Made by a program: the position numbers and the translations under genes. The notes beneath the pieces are model-generated. The model did no database searches. It had not been told where the DNA came from and was given only the letters and a program-made list of their open reading frames with translations. Positions 1 through 9,752 of a DNA stretch of 64,000 nucleotides are shown one piece after another; position 1 is the first letter of the stretch, and every line of letters starts with the position of its first letter. Source of the DNA: Longimicrobiales bacterium. Lineage in GTDB: Bacteria; Gemmatimonadota; Gemmatimonadetes; Longimicrobiales; Gaopeijiaceae. The stretch spans positions 1,728,001-1,792,000 of the forward strand of contig CBDFMQ010000002.1 in assembly GCA_965249725.1 (NCBI GenBank), read 5' to 3'.

Positions 1-657
1 CTCACCGGGATTCAGCAAGGGCGCGACCAGCGCCATCGTCAGGGTGAAGAACACGATGACCACCACGTCCTTCACGATAGTGACGCCGAGAATGACGTCG
101 GCCAGCGGGCCGCTAGTATGCATCTCCTTGATGACCGCCACCGTGAGGTCCGGAGACGAGTTCGCCGACCAGATGCCCAGGAGCAGCCCCACCGCCACCA
201 CCCCCGAGAACGGTAGGTCCACTAGGAACGGGACCAGCGGACGCATCAGCACGACCAATACGGCGATCCCGATCCAGACGATGACCGTCACCGAGAGCGT
301 GGCGTAGAGGATGTTCCGAGCCTGAGGCTTGAGCTGCGACAGCTTGAGCTCTCCCCCGGCCATCAGAGCGATGAGCGCCAGGGCGAATTCGTCGATGAGC
401 GCCAACTCCTCGACCGCCTCGGGCGACATGAGTCCCAGAATGGAGGGACCGGCCACAATGCCCACAATGAGGTAGCCCGTCAGCCGAGGAAGTCCTGACG
501 ATGCGGCCAGACTTCCCGCCACGTTGGCGATCAGCAGCACGAAGCCGATGAGCACCGCCAACTCCGCACCCGGGAACGCGGGCTCCGTGGCTGCGAAGGC
601 CACGAACGTGATCCCGAAGAGCAGGAGCAGCGTCAGGGATAGGCCGATTACTCTCAC
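1..657 (-). CDS. Cation:proton antiporter (CPA/Kef-type) membrane protein, 3' end runs off the window
   Basis: Manual translation from GTG at 657 is open to position 1: MRVIGLSLTLLLLFG...GLPRLTGYLIVGIVAGPSILGL...ALIALMAGGELKL...SANSSPDLTVAVIKE...VTIVKDVVVI, typical CPA motifs. Not in the ORF track because it is truncated. Confidence 0.8.
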   Translation of the reverse strand, partial: MRVIGLSLTLLLLFGITFVAFAATEPAFPGAELAVLIGFVLLIANVAGSLAASSGLPRLTGYLIVGIVAGPSILGLMSPEAVEELALIDEFALALIALMAGGELKLSQLKPQARNILYATLSVTVIVWIGIAVLVVLMRPLVPFLVDLPFSGVVAVGLLLGIWSANSSPDLTVAVIKEMHTSGPLADVILGVTIVKDVVVIVFFTLTMALVAPLLNPGE

Positions 658-789
658 GAACAAGGGCTCTTGGTGGATGGTCGAGGAACGAAGGGTACGG
701 GGGCTTGCGCGTGCACTCTGCTCGCCCTCTCGTGTCGGTCAACTTACTGCGGAGCCTACAAGAGTGCAGCCCTCACCCTGTCACCACGC

Positions 790-1140
790 ATGACGCCCCT
801 CACCCGACGCGTATACGCCGTGGTATCGGCGATCCCGCGGGGCCGGATCCTCTCCTACGGGGACGTCGCCGCCCTGGCGGGACGACCCCGAGCGCCCAGG
901 GCGGTAGGTGCAGCACTCTCGTCCCTCCCGGACGATATGAACGTGCCGTGGTGGCGCGTGGTGAACAGTACGGGCAAGATCTCTACGCCCGGGATCCACC
1001 ACACGGCCCAGGTTCAGCGAGCCCTGCTGGAAGAAGAGGGGGTGACCTTCAGCACCGGCGGCCACATCGACTGGGACCGCTTCGGATGGTCCGCTGACGA
1101 TGACCTGATCGACCGACTCCTAGAGGAACTCGACGCTTGA
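790..1140 (+). CDS. Alkyltransferase-like (ATL) MGMT-family DNA-binding protein
   Basis: IPRGRILSYGDVAALAGRPRAPRAVG and PWWRVV: Trp replaces the acceptor Cys of the PCHRV motif. ATG at 790 chosen over the upstream in-frame start. Confidence 0.85.
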   Translation: MTPLTRRVYAVVSAIPRGRILSYGDVAALAGRPRAPRAVGAALSSLPDDMNVPWWRVVNSTGKISTPGIHHTAQVQRALLEEEGVTFSTGGHIDWDRFGWSADDDLIDRLLEELDA

Positions 1141-2417
1141 ACCATATCGCAACCGCACTCGGTCTGATCCTTGGCCTCGTGGTCGGGCTCGTCGCCGCGG
1201 CCACGGACATCGGCATACTGGATGGGTTCGCCGAAGGGGTCGCCCCTCTCGGCACCCTGTTCATCAACGCGATCCGCATGGTCGTGATCCCGCTGGTCGT
1301 CACGACGATCTTCGTGGGTGTGGCTCGGCTCGGGAATCCGCGGACCCTGGGGAAGCTGGGCGGCTCCGCGCTCGGTTTTTTCTGGGGGACCACCATTCCC
1401 GCCATCATCATCGGCATGGCGTTCATGAAGGTGGCCCTCGGGATCTGGCCGGCTTCGGTGCAGGCCGCCGCGACCGGCGACGCACCCCCGGAGATCCCGG
1501 GACTCCTGGACTTCGTGATGCGACTCATCCCGGCGAACCCGTTCTCAGCCGCGTCCGAGGGGGCGCTGCTCCCGCTCATCGTGTTCTCCCTTCTGGTGGC
1601 AGCCGCCGCCGGAGCCCTCAGTGAGGATCGTCGGGAACGGTTGATCACCCTGGCAGAGGACATCAGCGCGGTGTTCGTGAAGCTCATCGACTGGATCCTG
1701 TGGACCGCCCCGGTCGGGGTGTTCGGCCTCACCGCGCCGGTCATGGCTCGCATGGGACTCGGGCTGCTCGCCGGCCTGGCGGTCTTCGTGGCGACCGTCA
1801 TCGTGGGACTCTTCGTCTTCATGGCTCTCTTCTACATCCCGTTGGTGCGTTTCCTCGGACGGAAAGGACCCGGTGAGTTCATCCGGGGGGTGGTCGGGAG
1901 CTACACCATCGGATTCTCGACCACGAGTTCGGTGGCTTCGTTGCCGGTCATCTTCGAGGACGCCGAGGGACTGGGCGTGTCGCCTCCGGTGGCGTCTCTG
2001 GTGCTTTCTCTCGGGGCGGCGATCAACCGTGCCGGCAGCGCGTTGTTTCAAGGGGCTGCGGTGGTCTTCCTGGCCGCGATTTCCGGCGTCTCGCTTTCCG
2101 GGAGCGCGCTGATCGCGGCGGGCATGGTGGGCTTCCTGGTGGCCATGTCGGTGGCGCCGGTCCCGTCGGCGAGCATCGTGACGCTGGCCCCGATCCTCGA
2201 GGCGGCCGGTGTGCCGTTGACCGGACTCGGCATCCTTCTGGGCATCGATCGCATCCCTGACATGTTCCGAAGCGCCACCAACATCACCGGGCACGTGGCT
2301 TGCGCGGTGGTCGTGGAAGGGATCGTAGGTGGCGAGGTGACCGCGACGGATCAGGCTGCGGTGGAGAGGATTGCGGGTGTGGGTGGCGGGCCAGATACCG
2401 GACCCGCGGTCGGCTAG
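1137..2417 (+). CDS. Dicarboxylate/amino acid:cation symporter (DAACS family)
   Basis: FSTTSSVASLP, LGAAINRAGSALFQ and GIDRIPDMFRSATNITG motifs; many TM segments; 4-nt overlap with the upstream stop. Confidence 0.9.
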   Translation: MNHIATALGLILGLVVGLVAAATDIGILDGFAEGVAPLGTLFINAIRMVVIPLVVTTIFVGVARLGNPRTLGKLGGSALGFFWGTTIPAIIIGMAFMKVALGIWPASVQAAATGDAPPEIPGLLDFVMRLIPANPFSAASEGALLPLIVFSLLVAAAAGALSEDRRERLITLAEDISAVFVKLIDWILWTAPVGVFGLTAPVMARMGLGLLAGLAVFVATVIVGLFVFMALFYIPLVRFLGRKGPGEFIRGVVGSYTIGFSTTSSVASLPVIFEDAEGLGVSPPVASLVLSLGAAINRAGSALFQGAAVVFLAAISGVSLSGSALIAAGMVGFLVAMSVAPVPSASIVTLAPILEAAGVPLTGLGILLGIDRIPDMFRSATNITGHVACAVVVEGIVGGEVTATDQAAVERIAGVGGGPDTGPAVG

Positions 2418-2481
2418 ATCTCCAGCCCGGAGTCCAGCAACTCCTTCGGCGTCCGAGCCGGGATGGGGCGGGGTCCGGCTG

Positions 2482-2877
2482 CTACCGATTCGCCAGGGTC
2501 AGCAATTCGTTCGCCCCCAGCAGCCGCTCGTCCGCCGTGACCAGCGTCAGGTCGTACACGACCGCTGTCGCGGCAAGAAAACGGGCGGCCGGATCGGCAT
2601 GGTCGAACCCGAACCGTCGACTCTGCTGCGCCACCGCATGCGTAAGGGGTGCCTCACGGAAGGGTCCCGCCTTCAACATCCGGGAGACAAAAACCTGCGG
2701 TTCGGCCTCCACGGACACGCGCCCGCGCTCGATGAGCATCAACGTCTCCCAGGTGCTGATCGGAGAAAGCCAGAGCTCGTTGTCGCTGGACTCCAGGGCG
2801 AGGCGCACCCCGTCGGTCAGGCGTCCAGGTTCGATCAGACTCCAGATCCAGATGTGCGTGTCGAGGAGCAGCTTCAC
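2482..2877 (-). CDS. vapC: PIN-domain VapC-type toxin
   Basis: KLLLDTHIWIW, LSPISTWE, HADPAARFLAATA and LTLVTADERL; GTG at 2877 overlaps the antitoxin stop. Confidence 0.85.
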   Translation of the reverse strand: MKLLLDTHIWIWSLIEPGRLTDGVRLALESSDNELWLSPISTWETLMLIERGRVSVEAEPQVFVSRMLKAGPFREAPLTHAVAQQSRRFGFDHADPAARFLAATAVVYDLTLVTADERLLGANELLTLANR

Positions 2878-3128
2878 CTCTGTAGAGCCTCCCATTCGAC
2901 GGGGGAGACCACGGACCCCACGACGTCACCCTCGACAGTCGCCTGCTTGGCTAGGGCGCCCACCCACTCGGCGTCTTGGGCGGACGGCCCCAGCGGAACC
3001 ACCTCGGCGATCGGCTGACCCCGACGCGTGATGAGCACGGGCCGACCGGTGCGCCGCACACGCTCGAGCACGGCCAGGCATGTGGCCTTGAACTTCGAGA
3101 TGGCCATTACTTCGATGTCTTCCTTCAT
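2874..3128 (-). CDS. Phd/YefM-family antitoxin
   Basis: ISKFKATCLAVLERVRRTGRPVLITRRGQPIAEVVP, a Phd/YefM N-terminal signature, directly upstream of the PIN toxin. Confidence 0.85.
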   Translation of the reverse strand: MKEDIEVMAISKFKATCLAVLERVRRTGRPVLITRRGQPIAEVVPLGPSAQDAEWVGALAKQATVEGDVVGSVVSPVEWEALQR

Positions 3129-3140
3129 GATCGGAAGTTA

Positions 3141-3184
3141 ATTGATAGTGGTCTATGGTCAATGACTATGGTCATTATATCAAT
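3141..3184 (-). promoter_or_regulatory. Putative TA promoter/operator: extended -10 TGaTATAAT overlapping the palindrome AATGAC-TATG-GTCATT
   Basis: Minus-strand TGATATAAT at 3182-3174; palindrome 3161-3176; direct repeat CTATGGTCA at 3153 and 3166; outer inverted repeat ATTGATA/TATCAAT at 3141-3147 and 3178-3184. Confidence 0.65.
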
Positions 3185-3384
3185 ACGTCTTTTATTTGTT
3201 GCACTCTGGTTTGTAGATGTCGGAAAATGCTCTTCGCGCGGGGCGACGGAATGGCTCACCGAACCGCGAAGCCCCCCACCCGCGGGGTGGCAATCAGTAG
3301 GCGCCGTGGATTACACTGTCCCCCCAGACGCCGATGTGCGTTGGTACGACAGACCCCGAGATCCGCGAGACCAGGGAGAAGACC

Positions 3385-4614
3385 ATGAGCCGACACCCCA
3401 TAACGCGCCGCGACGCACTGAAGACGGGAGCGGGGGCTGCGGTCCTGGGCGTAGTGGCTCCAACGGGGCTCGCCGGCGGCCAAGGCCCGACGGCCCAGAC
3501 CCCCGACGTTTACGCAGCCCTGGGCATCCCCACGATCATCAACGCGGCCGGAACCATCACCAACTGGGGTGGGTCCCTCATGCCCCCAGAGGTGACCGCG
3601 GCGTGGCACGCGGCCTCCCGGAACTTCGTCGACCTCCGGACGCTTCAGGACCGCGTGGGTGAGCGCATCGCCGAGCGGCTGGGAGTAGAGGCGGCTCTCG
3701 TCACCTCGGGCGCGGCGGGGGGCATCATGCTCGGCACGGCCGCCGCCGTGACGTACAAGGACCACGACCTCATTCGTGAACTCCCGCTGCCCCCGGAGCG
3801 AGGGCTCGAGGTCATCCGCCAGGCCACCCACGTGGACTGTTACGACAACCAGGTGAAGGCAAGTGGTGTGAGGCTGGTCGACGTTGAAACGCGAGCAGAT
3901 CTGGACCGGGCCATCAACGATCGCACGGTCATGATGCTGTCCTACAACTTCTTGGAGGAAGAGGGGCAGATCTCGCGCGAGGAGTGGGTCGAGGTGGCGC
4001 GCCGCCGGGGCATCCCGACACTGATCGACGCGGCCGCCGACACACCACCCCGTGAGCGCCTGTGGGAGTACGTGAACATGGGCTACGACATGGTGATCTT
4101 CAGCGGAGGCAAGGCCATGCGTGGACCCCAGGATACAGGCCTGCTCCTTGGCCGCCGCGACCTCATCGAGACCGCGAAGCTGAACACCTCACCCCGCTGC
4201 TGGAACATCGGCCGCGGCATGAAGGTGAGCAAAGAAGACATGGTGGCCATGTGGGCTACGGTCGAGCGATTCATGAGCCTCGACATGGCGGCGGAAGACC
4301 GTGAATGGCGGAGGCGCATCGACGCCATCGCGGACGCCCTGCGGGACATCCCCACTACCACGTTCGAGACGGTCATGCCGTTGATCGCGAACGAGGTACC
4401 CCACCTGCTCATCCGCTGGGACGAACAGCGGCTCGGTGTGACCCCCGATGAGATGAAGGCCGCGCTCGCCGAGGGGGATCCCTCCATCGTTACGGCTCGT
4501 ATCCACGGCACCGGCGAGGGGGGATTCGTAATCTCCGTCTTCATGCTCGCCCCGGGAGAAGAGGTCATCGTGGCGAACAGGCTCCGCCAGATCCTGGAGA
4601 GGACTACGGCATGA
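3385..4614 (+). CDS. SelA-like/DgaE-like PLP-dependent enzyme with twin-arginine signal
   Basis: ITRRDALK Tat motif; INAAGTITNWGGS, VTSGAAGG, IDAAA and FSGGKAMRGPQ (PLP lysine). Confidence 0.8.
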   Translation: MSRHPITRRDALKTGAGAAVLGVVAPTGLAGGQGPTAQTPDVYAALGIPTIINAAGTITNWGGSLMPPEVTAAWHAASRNFVDLRTLQDRVGERIAERLGVEAALVTSGAAGGIMLGTAAAVTYKDHDLIRELPLPPERGLEVIRQATHVDCYDNQVKASGVRLVDVETRADLDRAINDRTVMMLSYNFLEEEGQISREEWVEVARRRGIPTLIDAAADTPPRERLWEYVNMGYDMVIFSGGKAMRGPQDTGLLLGRRDLIETAKLNTSPRCWNIGRGMKVSKEDMVAMWATVERFMSLDMAAEDREWRRRIDAIADALRDIPTTTFETVMPLIANEVPHLLIRWDEQRLGVTPDEMKAALAEGDPSIVTARIHGTGEGGFVISVFMLAPGEEVIVANRLRQILERTTA

Positions 4615-5579
4615 AGCGCCGAGGCAGAGTGACCGATCGTCCGTTCTCAGCTCTCGCCATCGCGCTTCTTGCATCCGGAGTTCACGCGTGTTCGCCACCC
4701 GACTCGGGTGCGGATGCAGAAGGAGCGCGGGCGGCCGGGCTCACGAAGAAGGTTCTCCTCATCGGACTCGACGGGGTTCGCCCCGACATCCTGGCAGAGG
4801 TCGCGACCCCGAACATCGACGCCCTGATCAGCGACGGCGCCTTCAGTTCCAGCGCACGTACCGGCTACCCGAGCGTGAGTGGACCCGGCTGGTCCAGCAT
4901 GCTCATCGGAGTCTGGCCCGAGAAGCATGGCGTCACGAACAACGACTTCGAGAACAAGCACTACGACGAGTACCCCGATTTCCTGACCCGTATCGAGTCC
5001 GTTCGGCCGGAGCTGAACACGTTTGCGGTTGCCGACTGGCTCCCCATGGTCACGGACGACCACAACGGGCCCATCATCGGCGAGGCCCCCGACGTCAAGC
5101 ACATCCTCAATGGGTACGAGTTGGGTTGGGCCGAGGCGGACGAGCGATCCGTGGAACTGGCGGTCGAACACCTTGGATCCGGCGACCCGGACGCCATGTT
5201 CGTCTATCTGGGCAACCCCGACGAGACCAGCCACCACTTCGAGTCCATCGGCGAGGAGTACCGGGGGGCGATCGGGCTGTCGGATGAGCACGTGGGTCGC
5301 TTGCTGACAGCCGTCCGGGCTCGCCCGACCTATGCTCAGGAGGACTGGCTCATCCTCATGAGCACCGACCACGGCCGCACATCAGACGGGGACCATGGCG
5401 GAGACACTCCCGAGGAGCGCACGATCTTCTACCTGGCCAGCGGTCCGTCCACCACGGTGGGAGTCCTCGAGGGCACGCCGTCCATCGTGGATGTGCCGGT
5501 TACCGCCCTGGCGCACCTCGGCATAGACGTCGATCCGGCGTGGTCACTCGACGGTGAGGTGGTGGGCCTAGCGCGCTAG
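4611..5579 (+). CDS. Alkaline phosphatase superfamily (nucleotide pyrophosphatase/phosphodiesterase-like) lipoprotein
   Basis: VLLIGLDGVRPD, SVSGPGWSSMLIG, PDETSH and STDHG metal-ligand motifs; signal peptide ending VHAC. Confidence 0.8.
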   Translation: MKRRGRVTDRPFSALAIALLASGVHACSPPDSGADAEGARAAGLTKKVLLIGLDGVRPDILAEVATPNIDALISDGAFSSSARTGYPSVSGPGWSSMLIGVWPEKHGVTNNDFENKHYDEYPDFLTRIESVRPELNTFAVADWLPMVTDDHNGPIIGEAPDVKHILNGYELGWAEADERSVELAVEHLGSGDPDAMFVYLGNPDETSHHFESIGEEYRGAIGLSDEHVGRLLTAVRARPTYAQEDWLILMSTDHGRTSDGDHGGDTPEERTIFYLASGPSTTVGVLEGTPSIVDVPVTALAHLGIDVDPAWSLDGEVVGLAR

Positions 5580-7709
5580 GCTGATGGTCTTCGGACTCTT
5601 CAGGTACTGATCGAACCATCCGAGTTCGTTCATCGCCCGGTGCACCTGGTTCCAGTGGCCCCGAATCCCGTGTGATTGGCCGTTATAGAGCAGGAACTTG
5701 GCCGGAACCCCGTTCTTCTTGAGGGCGAAGTACATCTGCTCACCCTCCTCGAAGGGCACGCGGTGATCCACCTCACCGTGTACGAACAGCGTCGCTGCTT
5801 GGGCCTGGCCGGCATAGATGAGCGGCGACTGCCGGAGCAGCCGTTCCCTGCCCTCTTCCGTCCAGGGCGTGCCGAAGAACTCCGTCTCCTTCGTTCGGGC
5901 AACGTCCGCCGTCCCGTAGTCGCTCATCCAATTCGAGATTCCGGCTCCCACGGCGGCAGCCGCGAAGCGATCGGGGTACCGGGTGATGAGCCAGTTGCTC
6001 ATGAACCCACCGTAGGAATGGCCGATCGTGGCGACGCGATCCTCATCGGTTGAGTAGTGCTCCAGGGCGTAGTCCACGCCGGACATCACGTCCTCGCCGT
6101 CCTTGTCTCCCCAGGCTCCCCAGGTCGCCCATAGGAAGTCCTCTCCATAGCCCGTGGAGCTTCGGAAGTTGGTCTGAAGCACGACGTATCCGTTTGCCGC
6201 GAACAATTGGTGCTTGAAGTTGAAGCCGTAGCCCGAGGCCGAGTGCGGGCCGCCGTGGCTGTGGACGATGAGCGGGTACGGACCCTGGGCCGGGTCGTAT
6301 CCATGCGGCAGCATGACCCACCCCTCGATCTCCGTTCCGTCGTAGCTCGGGAACCGGATCCGTTCCGCTGAGCTGAACGCGATCTCATCCGTGAGACGGT
6401 CGTGAACGCGGGTCAGTTGGCGCTCCCCGCTCCCGTCCACACTGGAGACGAACAGCTCCGACGGAGCATCGAAGCGCCCAACCAGATAGGCGATCTTGGA
6501 AGCGCCTTCATCCATCGTGAGTCCGCCAAGACGCCTCTCACCATGGGTCATCTGCTCTACCCCGCTCCCATCGGCCGCAGCCCGGAACAGGTGGCTCTCT
6601 CCACCGATGCCGGCCGAGAAATAGACGTAGCGCCCGTCGGGGCTCCAGCGGGGTGACCCGGGCCGCAGGTCCCAGTCGGCCGTGAGGTTCACCGACTCTC
6701 CGCTCGCCGGGTCCAGTGCCATTAGGTCGGTGGGACCTCCGTGGCCGATCCGGTCGGCGATGACCCAGTCCGTGGCGTATCGACGCATGTATGCGATCGT
6801 GCGTCCGTCCGGCGAATAGGCCGGCTGGCCGAGCGAGTATCGCATGTCACGGGTCAGACGGGTCACTGCACCGTCGAGAGACACGGTCCACAGGTCGCTC
6901 CGGCCGTACGTCCACTCGTCCCTGTACGCCGAGTCGGCGGCGAAGACGAGGGCACGCCCGTCGGGTCGCCAATTCAGGCCGGCGGGTCTCAATCCCAGGT
7001 CGGTCAGCATGCGCTCCGGGGCGCCCGGCGCCTCGGCGATGGCCACCTCGAGAGGAGGGGTCGCGGCCGGGTCGGTGGGATCGATGGTCGGCATGGGCTG
7101 TCGGTCGCGTTGGAAGTACATCCAGCTCCACGAGCGACCGTCGAAGCGCTCCTCGTGGCGCCGCTCGAAGTCGGAGGCATAGTTCACCTCGACCTCCGGC
7201 ACGCTCTCCGGAACCAGAGACGCGACGGCGCTCCCATCCGAGTTCGGGATGGTACTGAGGGCCTCAATACGTAGCACGTTGCGTGAGCCCGGGCTCGACT
7301 TAGGGGCTACGGCGAACGCGTTCTCCCCCGATACGTATCGCAGCAGCCCGTCGGGCCCCCAGGAAGGGGCGGAGGCCTGCACGCCCGCCGGGCTCATGCG
7401 GCTCGGTCCCGCATCTGCCGCTGTGGAGACGACCCACACCTCACTCGGGCTGGAGTTGTCGTCCTCCACCCTGGAAACGAGCGCGTAGGCGACCCACTCC
7501 CCGTCAGGGGAAATGACCGGCGATGCGATGGTCTGAATGCTGTAGTAGTCCTCGATCACCAAGGGCCGGCCACCGGTCTGAGCCGTGGCCTTCCCGGGGC
7601 TCAGCAGCGCAGCGAGCAGCAATACGGCTCGCGCGATCACGCGCGGTGCACTAGCGGAGATCCGCCATTCACTATGGGTGCGGGACGATGTGGGCCGGTG
7701 CACGCTCAT
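5568..7709 (-). CDS. S9 family (dipeptidyl/acylaminoacyl) peptidase with beta-propeller
   Basis: HGGPH, GHSYGG nucleophile elbow, HGEVDHRVP and SHG; repeated SPDG propeller motifs; start uncertain. Confidence 0.9.
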   Translation of the reverse strand: MSVHRPTSSRTHSEWRISASAPRVIARAVLLLAALLSPGKATAQTGGRPLVIEDYYSIQTIASPVISPDGEWVAYALVSRVEDDNSSPSEVWVVSTAADAGPSRMSPAGVQASAPSWGPDGLLRYVSGENAFAVAPKSSPGSRNVLRIEALSTIPNSDGSAVASLVPESVPEVEVNYASDFERRHEERFDGRSWSWMYFQRDRQPMPTIDPTDPAATPPLEVAIAEAPGAPERMLTDLGLRPAGLNWRPDGRALVFAADSAYRDEWTYGRSDLWTVSLDGAVTRLTRDMRYSLGQPAYSPDGRTIAYMRRYATDWVIADRIGHGGPTDLMALDPASGESVNLTADWDLRPGSPRWSPDGRYVYFSAGIGGESHLFRAAADGSGVEQMTHGERRLGGLTMDEGASKIAYLVGRFDAPSELFVSSVDGSGERQLTRVHDRLTDEIAFSSAERIRFPSYDGTEIEGWVMLPHGYDPAQGPYPLIVHSHGGPHSASGYGFNFKHQLFAANGYVVLQTNFRSSTGYGEDFLWATWGAWGDKDGEDVMSGVDYALEHYSTDEDRVATIGHSYGGFMSNWLITRYPDRFAAAAVGAGISNWMSDYGTADVARTKETEFFGTPWTEEGRERLLRQSPLIYAGQAQAATLFVHGEVDHRVPFEEGEQMYFALKKNGVPAKFLLYNGQSHGIRGHWNQVHRAMNELGWFDQYLKSPKTISLAR

Positions 7710-7762
7710 GGTTCCTCCTGACAAGGGGCCGACGGGACCTGCAAATGGCCGGGACGGCCACC

Positions 7763-7793
7763 GATCGTCAAGCCGGATCGTCAAGCCGGATCG
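7763..7793. repeat. 13-bp tandem repeat GATCGTCAAGCCG (~2.4 copies) between divergent genes
   Basis: Units at 7763-7775 and 7776-7788, partial at 7789-7793. Confidence 0.85.
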
Positions 7794-7837
7794 GATGCAC
7801 TACAATGCAGTCCTCACGGACCGGTATGGAGGTCAGA

Positions 7838-8974
7838 ATGAAATCGGTGCTCGCAGCGATCCGGCGGTGGGAGGACAAGCGACTCGTCGACGGCGATTTG
7901 GCCGTCCGCCTCCGAGCGGAGGTGGAGGAGTCTTCGGCCGCTGGGACCCAACGCCTCTTCCAGTACGTTCTTGCCGCGACCGGCGCCGTGGTCCTCCTCG
8001 TCGCCAGCGGTGTGTTTCTCGATTGGGCGTGGCCTCGTATGACAGAGGCACTCCGCTCCGGGCTTCTAGGTGCCGTGGGCTTCGGCGTCTATTTCGGCGG
8101 TGCGTATCTGGAGGGTCGAAGACGATGGTTGCCGGCGGCCTACCTCATGCAGACCGCCGGCTTGGCCGTGCTCGGCGTGGCGCTCGCCTACTCCGAGAAG
8201 GCCTGGCCGGATATGTCCGCCGGAGGCATCACCATGGGAGTGATCGCGCTCGCCATCCCACTGGTTCTGGGGCCACGCTCCCTCCGCGCCGACAGCCGCA
8301 TGCCGGCCGTGCACCTCGCAGCCGGCCTGATGTTCCTGACCATCTTTCTCCGCCGGGCGACACCCCTCGACGACAGCGGCGTCGTCTGGGTCCTGGACGG
8401 CGTGCTGTTGCTGGTGACGGTGATCGCACTCCGCTTCTTGGCCAAAGACCCAGCCGGATCTCGCCGTCCCTGGGCCCTCGAGGTCTTCGCCATGGCCCTC
8501 TATGCGGGCTTCGTCCTGACGTTCGTCACGGGAGCGATTCCTCTGGATCTCGGCGAGGACACCGTATACCCGGTCGATGCATGGCTCTTCCTGATCGCAT
8601 CAGTCACGGTCTACGGCATCCACTGGGCCCCGGAGGTGATACGAAGGGACTGGTTCGGCGTCCAGCTCGCTCTCTGCCAATTGGTTTGGATCGGCCTGGG
8701 CTTCGCGAGCACCGTCGGGGTGGTGGACGGGCCCCCCGAAGCCGCCCTCTTGGCTGTGAGCGGATCGGGTGTGGCCGGCTTCCTGTACGCCCACCACAAC
8801 CGTACCCGAGAGATTCTCGCGGTCTCGGCACTGTCCTTCGTGAGCGGAGCTTGGTACTGGGGAGTGGAACGGGCCGGGGCATTGGGTGCGGTCGGGGCGT
8901 TGGCGGTCACTGCCGGGCTACTGTTCTGGCTTTCCGGGAAGAGCGCTGACCCCGAACCGGTCGCAGAGGGCTGA
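7838..8974 (+). CDS. Multi-pass membrane protein, DUF2157-like
   Basis: N-terminal IRRWEDKRLVDGDLAVRLRAE followed by about 11 hydrophobic segments. Confidence 0.6.
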   Translation: MKSVLAAIRRWEDKRLVDGDLAVRLRAEVEESSAAGTQRLFQYVLAATGAVVLLVASGVFLDWAWPRMTEALRSGLLGAVGFGVYFGGAYLEGRRRWLPAAYLMQTAGLAVLGVALAYSEKAWPDMSAGGITMGVIALAIPLVLGPRSLRADSRMPAVHLAAGLMFLTIFLRRATPLDDSGVVWVLDGVLLLVTVIALRFLAKDPAGSRRPWALEVFAMALYAGFVLTFVTGAIPLDLGEDTVYPVDAWLFLIASVTVYGIHWAPEVIRRDWFGVQLALCQLVWIGLGFASTVGVVDGPPEAALLAVSGSGVAGFLYAHHNRTREILAVSALSFVSGAWYWGVERAGALGAVGALAVTAGLLFWLSGKSADPEPVAEG

Positions 8975-9161
8975 CTCCAAGCCCTGAAGCAAAGTGCCAG
9001 ACGTCACGCAAAACACCCGCGAAACGCGGCTCTAAGGCCCTTCCCGGCCGCTCGACAGCCCTCGGGCCGGGACCTCCAACGTCCAGCGCTGTGGCACACG
9101 AAGCGCCTTTTCGCGTCCAATCGAGGTGAGGCCTGGCACGAGCCTTGACCTGTAACCCGGC

Positions 9162-9656
9162 ATGATCTTCTCTGGATTCTTCGAGGAACGGGTATGCGCC
9201 AGTTGCGGCGACAGCCGCACCCGGGTGACACCCACGTCCGTTCTGTTCCTCGTGCTGTTGGCCGTTGGGGGCTTGGCTGTTCTCACGGAGGCCCACGGTG
9301 TGATCCTCGACCCGCATTGGTGGCATTGGCCGGCCGCGTTCATCGGCGAGATCCTCCTGGCCAGCATCCTGCTCGGGGGCATTCTCGGTGTGCGCAACGC
9401 GCTGGCACCCCTGCCCGACGCCTGTCCACGCTGCTCCGAGATCATGATCTCGACCTCCAGGGGCTTCTTCGATTTCGCCGTCATGCCGAGTCGGGCCGAG
9501 TTGATGCTCTTGGTGGTATTCGTCGGCCTGCATGTCGCGTTTCTGGCTTGGCTGAACCCCGGCGAAGGCATGGCCACCAGCAGCCTTTGGACCATCCTCC
9601 CGTTCTTCTGGACCCCTCCCCGCGACGCACCTCTACTGTCCCCGGAGAACTGGTAA
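9162..9656 (+). CDS. Hypothetical membrane protein with two CxxC motifs
   Basis: CASC and CPRC separated by two TM helices; fills the gap between neighbouring genes on the same strand. Confidence 0.5.
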   Translation: MIFSGFFEERVCASCGDSRTRVTPTSVLFLVLLAVGGLAVLTEAHGVILDPHWWHWPAAFIGEILLASILLGGILGVRNALAPLPDACPRCSEIMISTSRGFFDFAVMPSRAELMLLVVFVGLHVAFLAWLNPGEGMATSSLWTILPFFWTPPRDAPLLSPENW

Positions 9657-9752
9657 CCCGGCTTCCCGGCCTCTATCTTGGGCGGTTCAGGATCACGGCA
9701 GTCCCCGCTTGTCGACTGCTCTCGTCAGTCTCAACAAATGAGGAGGCCTTTC

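Noticed and set aside
3385..4614. True selenocysteine synthase selA / Sec system
   Set aside because: It has a Tat signal, lacks the SelA N-terminal domain, and no selB, selC or selD is nearby; it fits the SelA-like/DgaE group.
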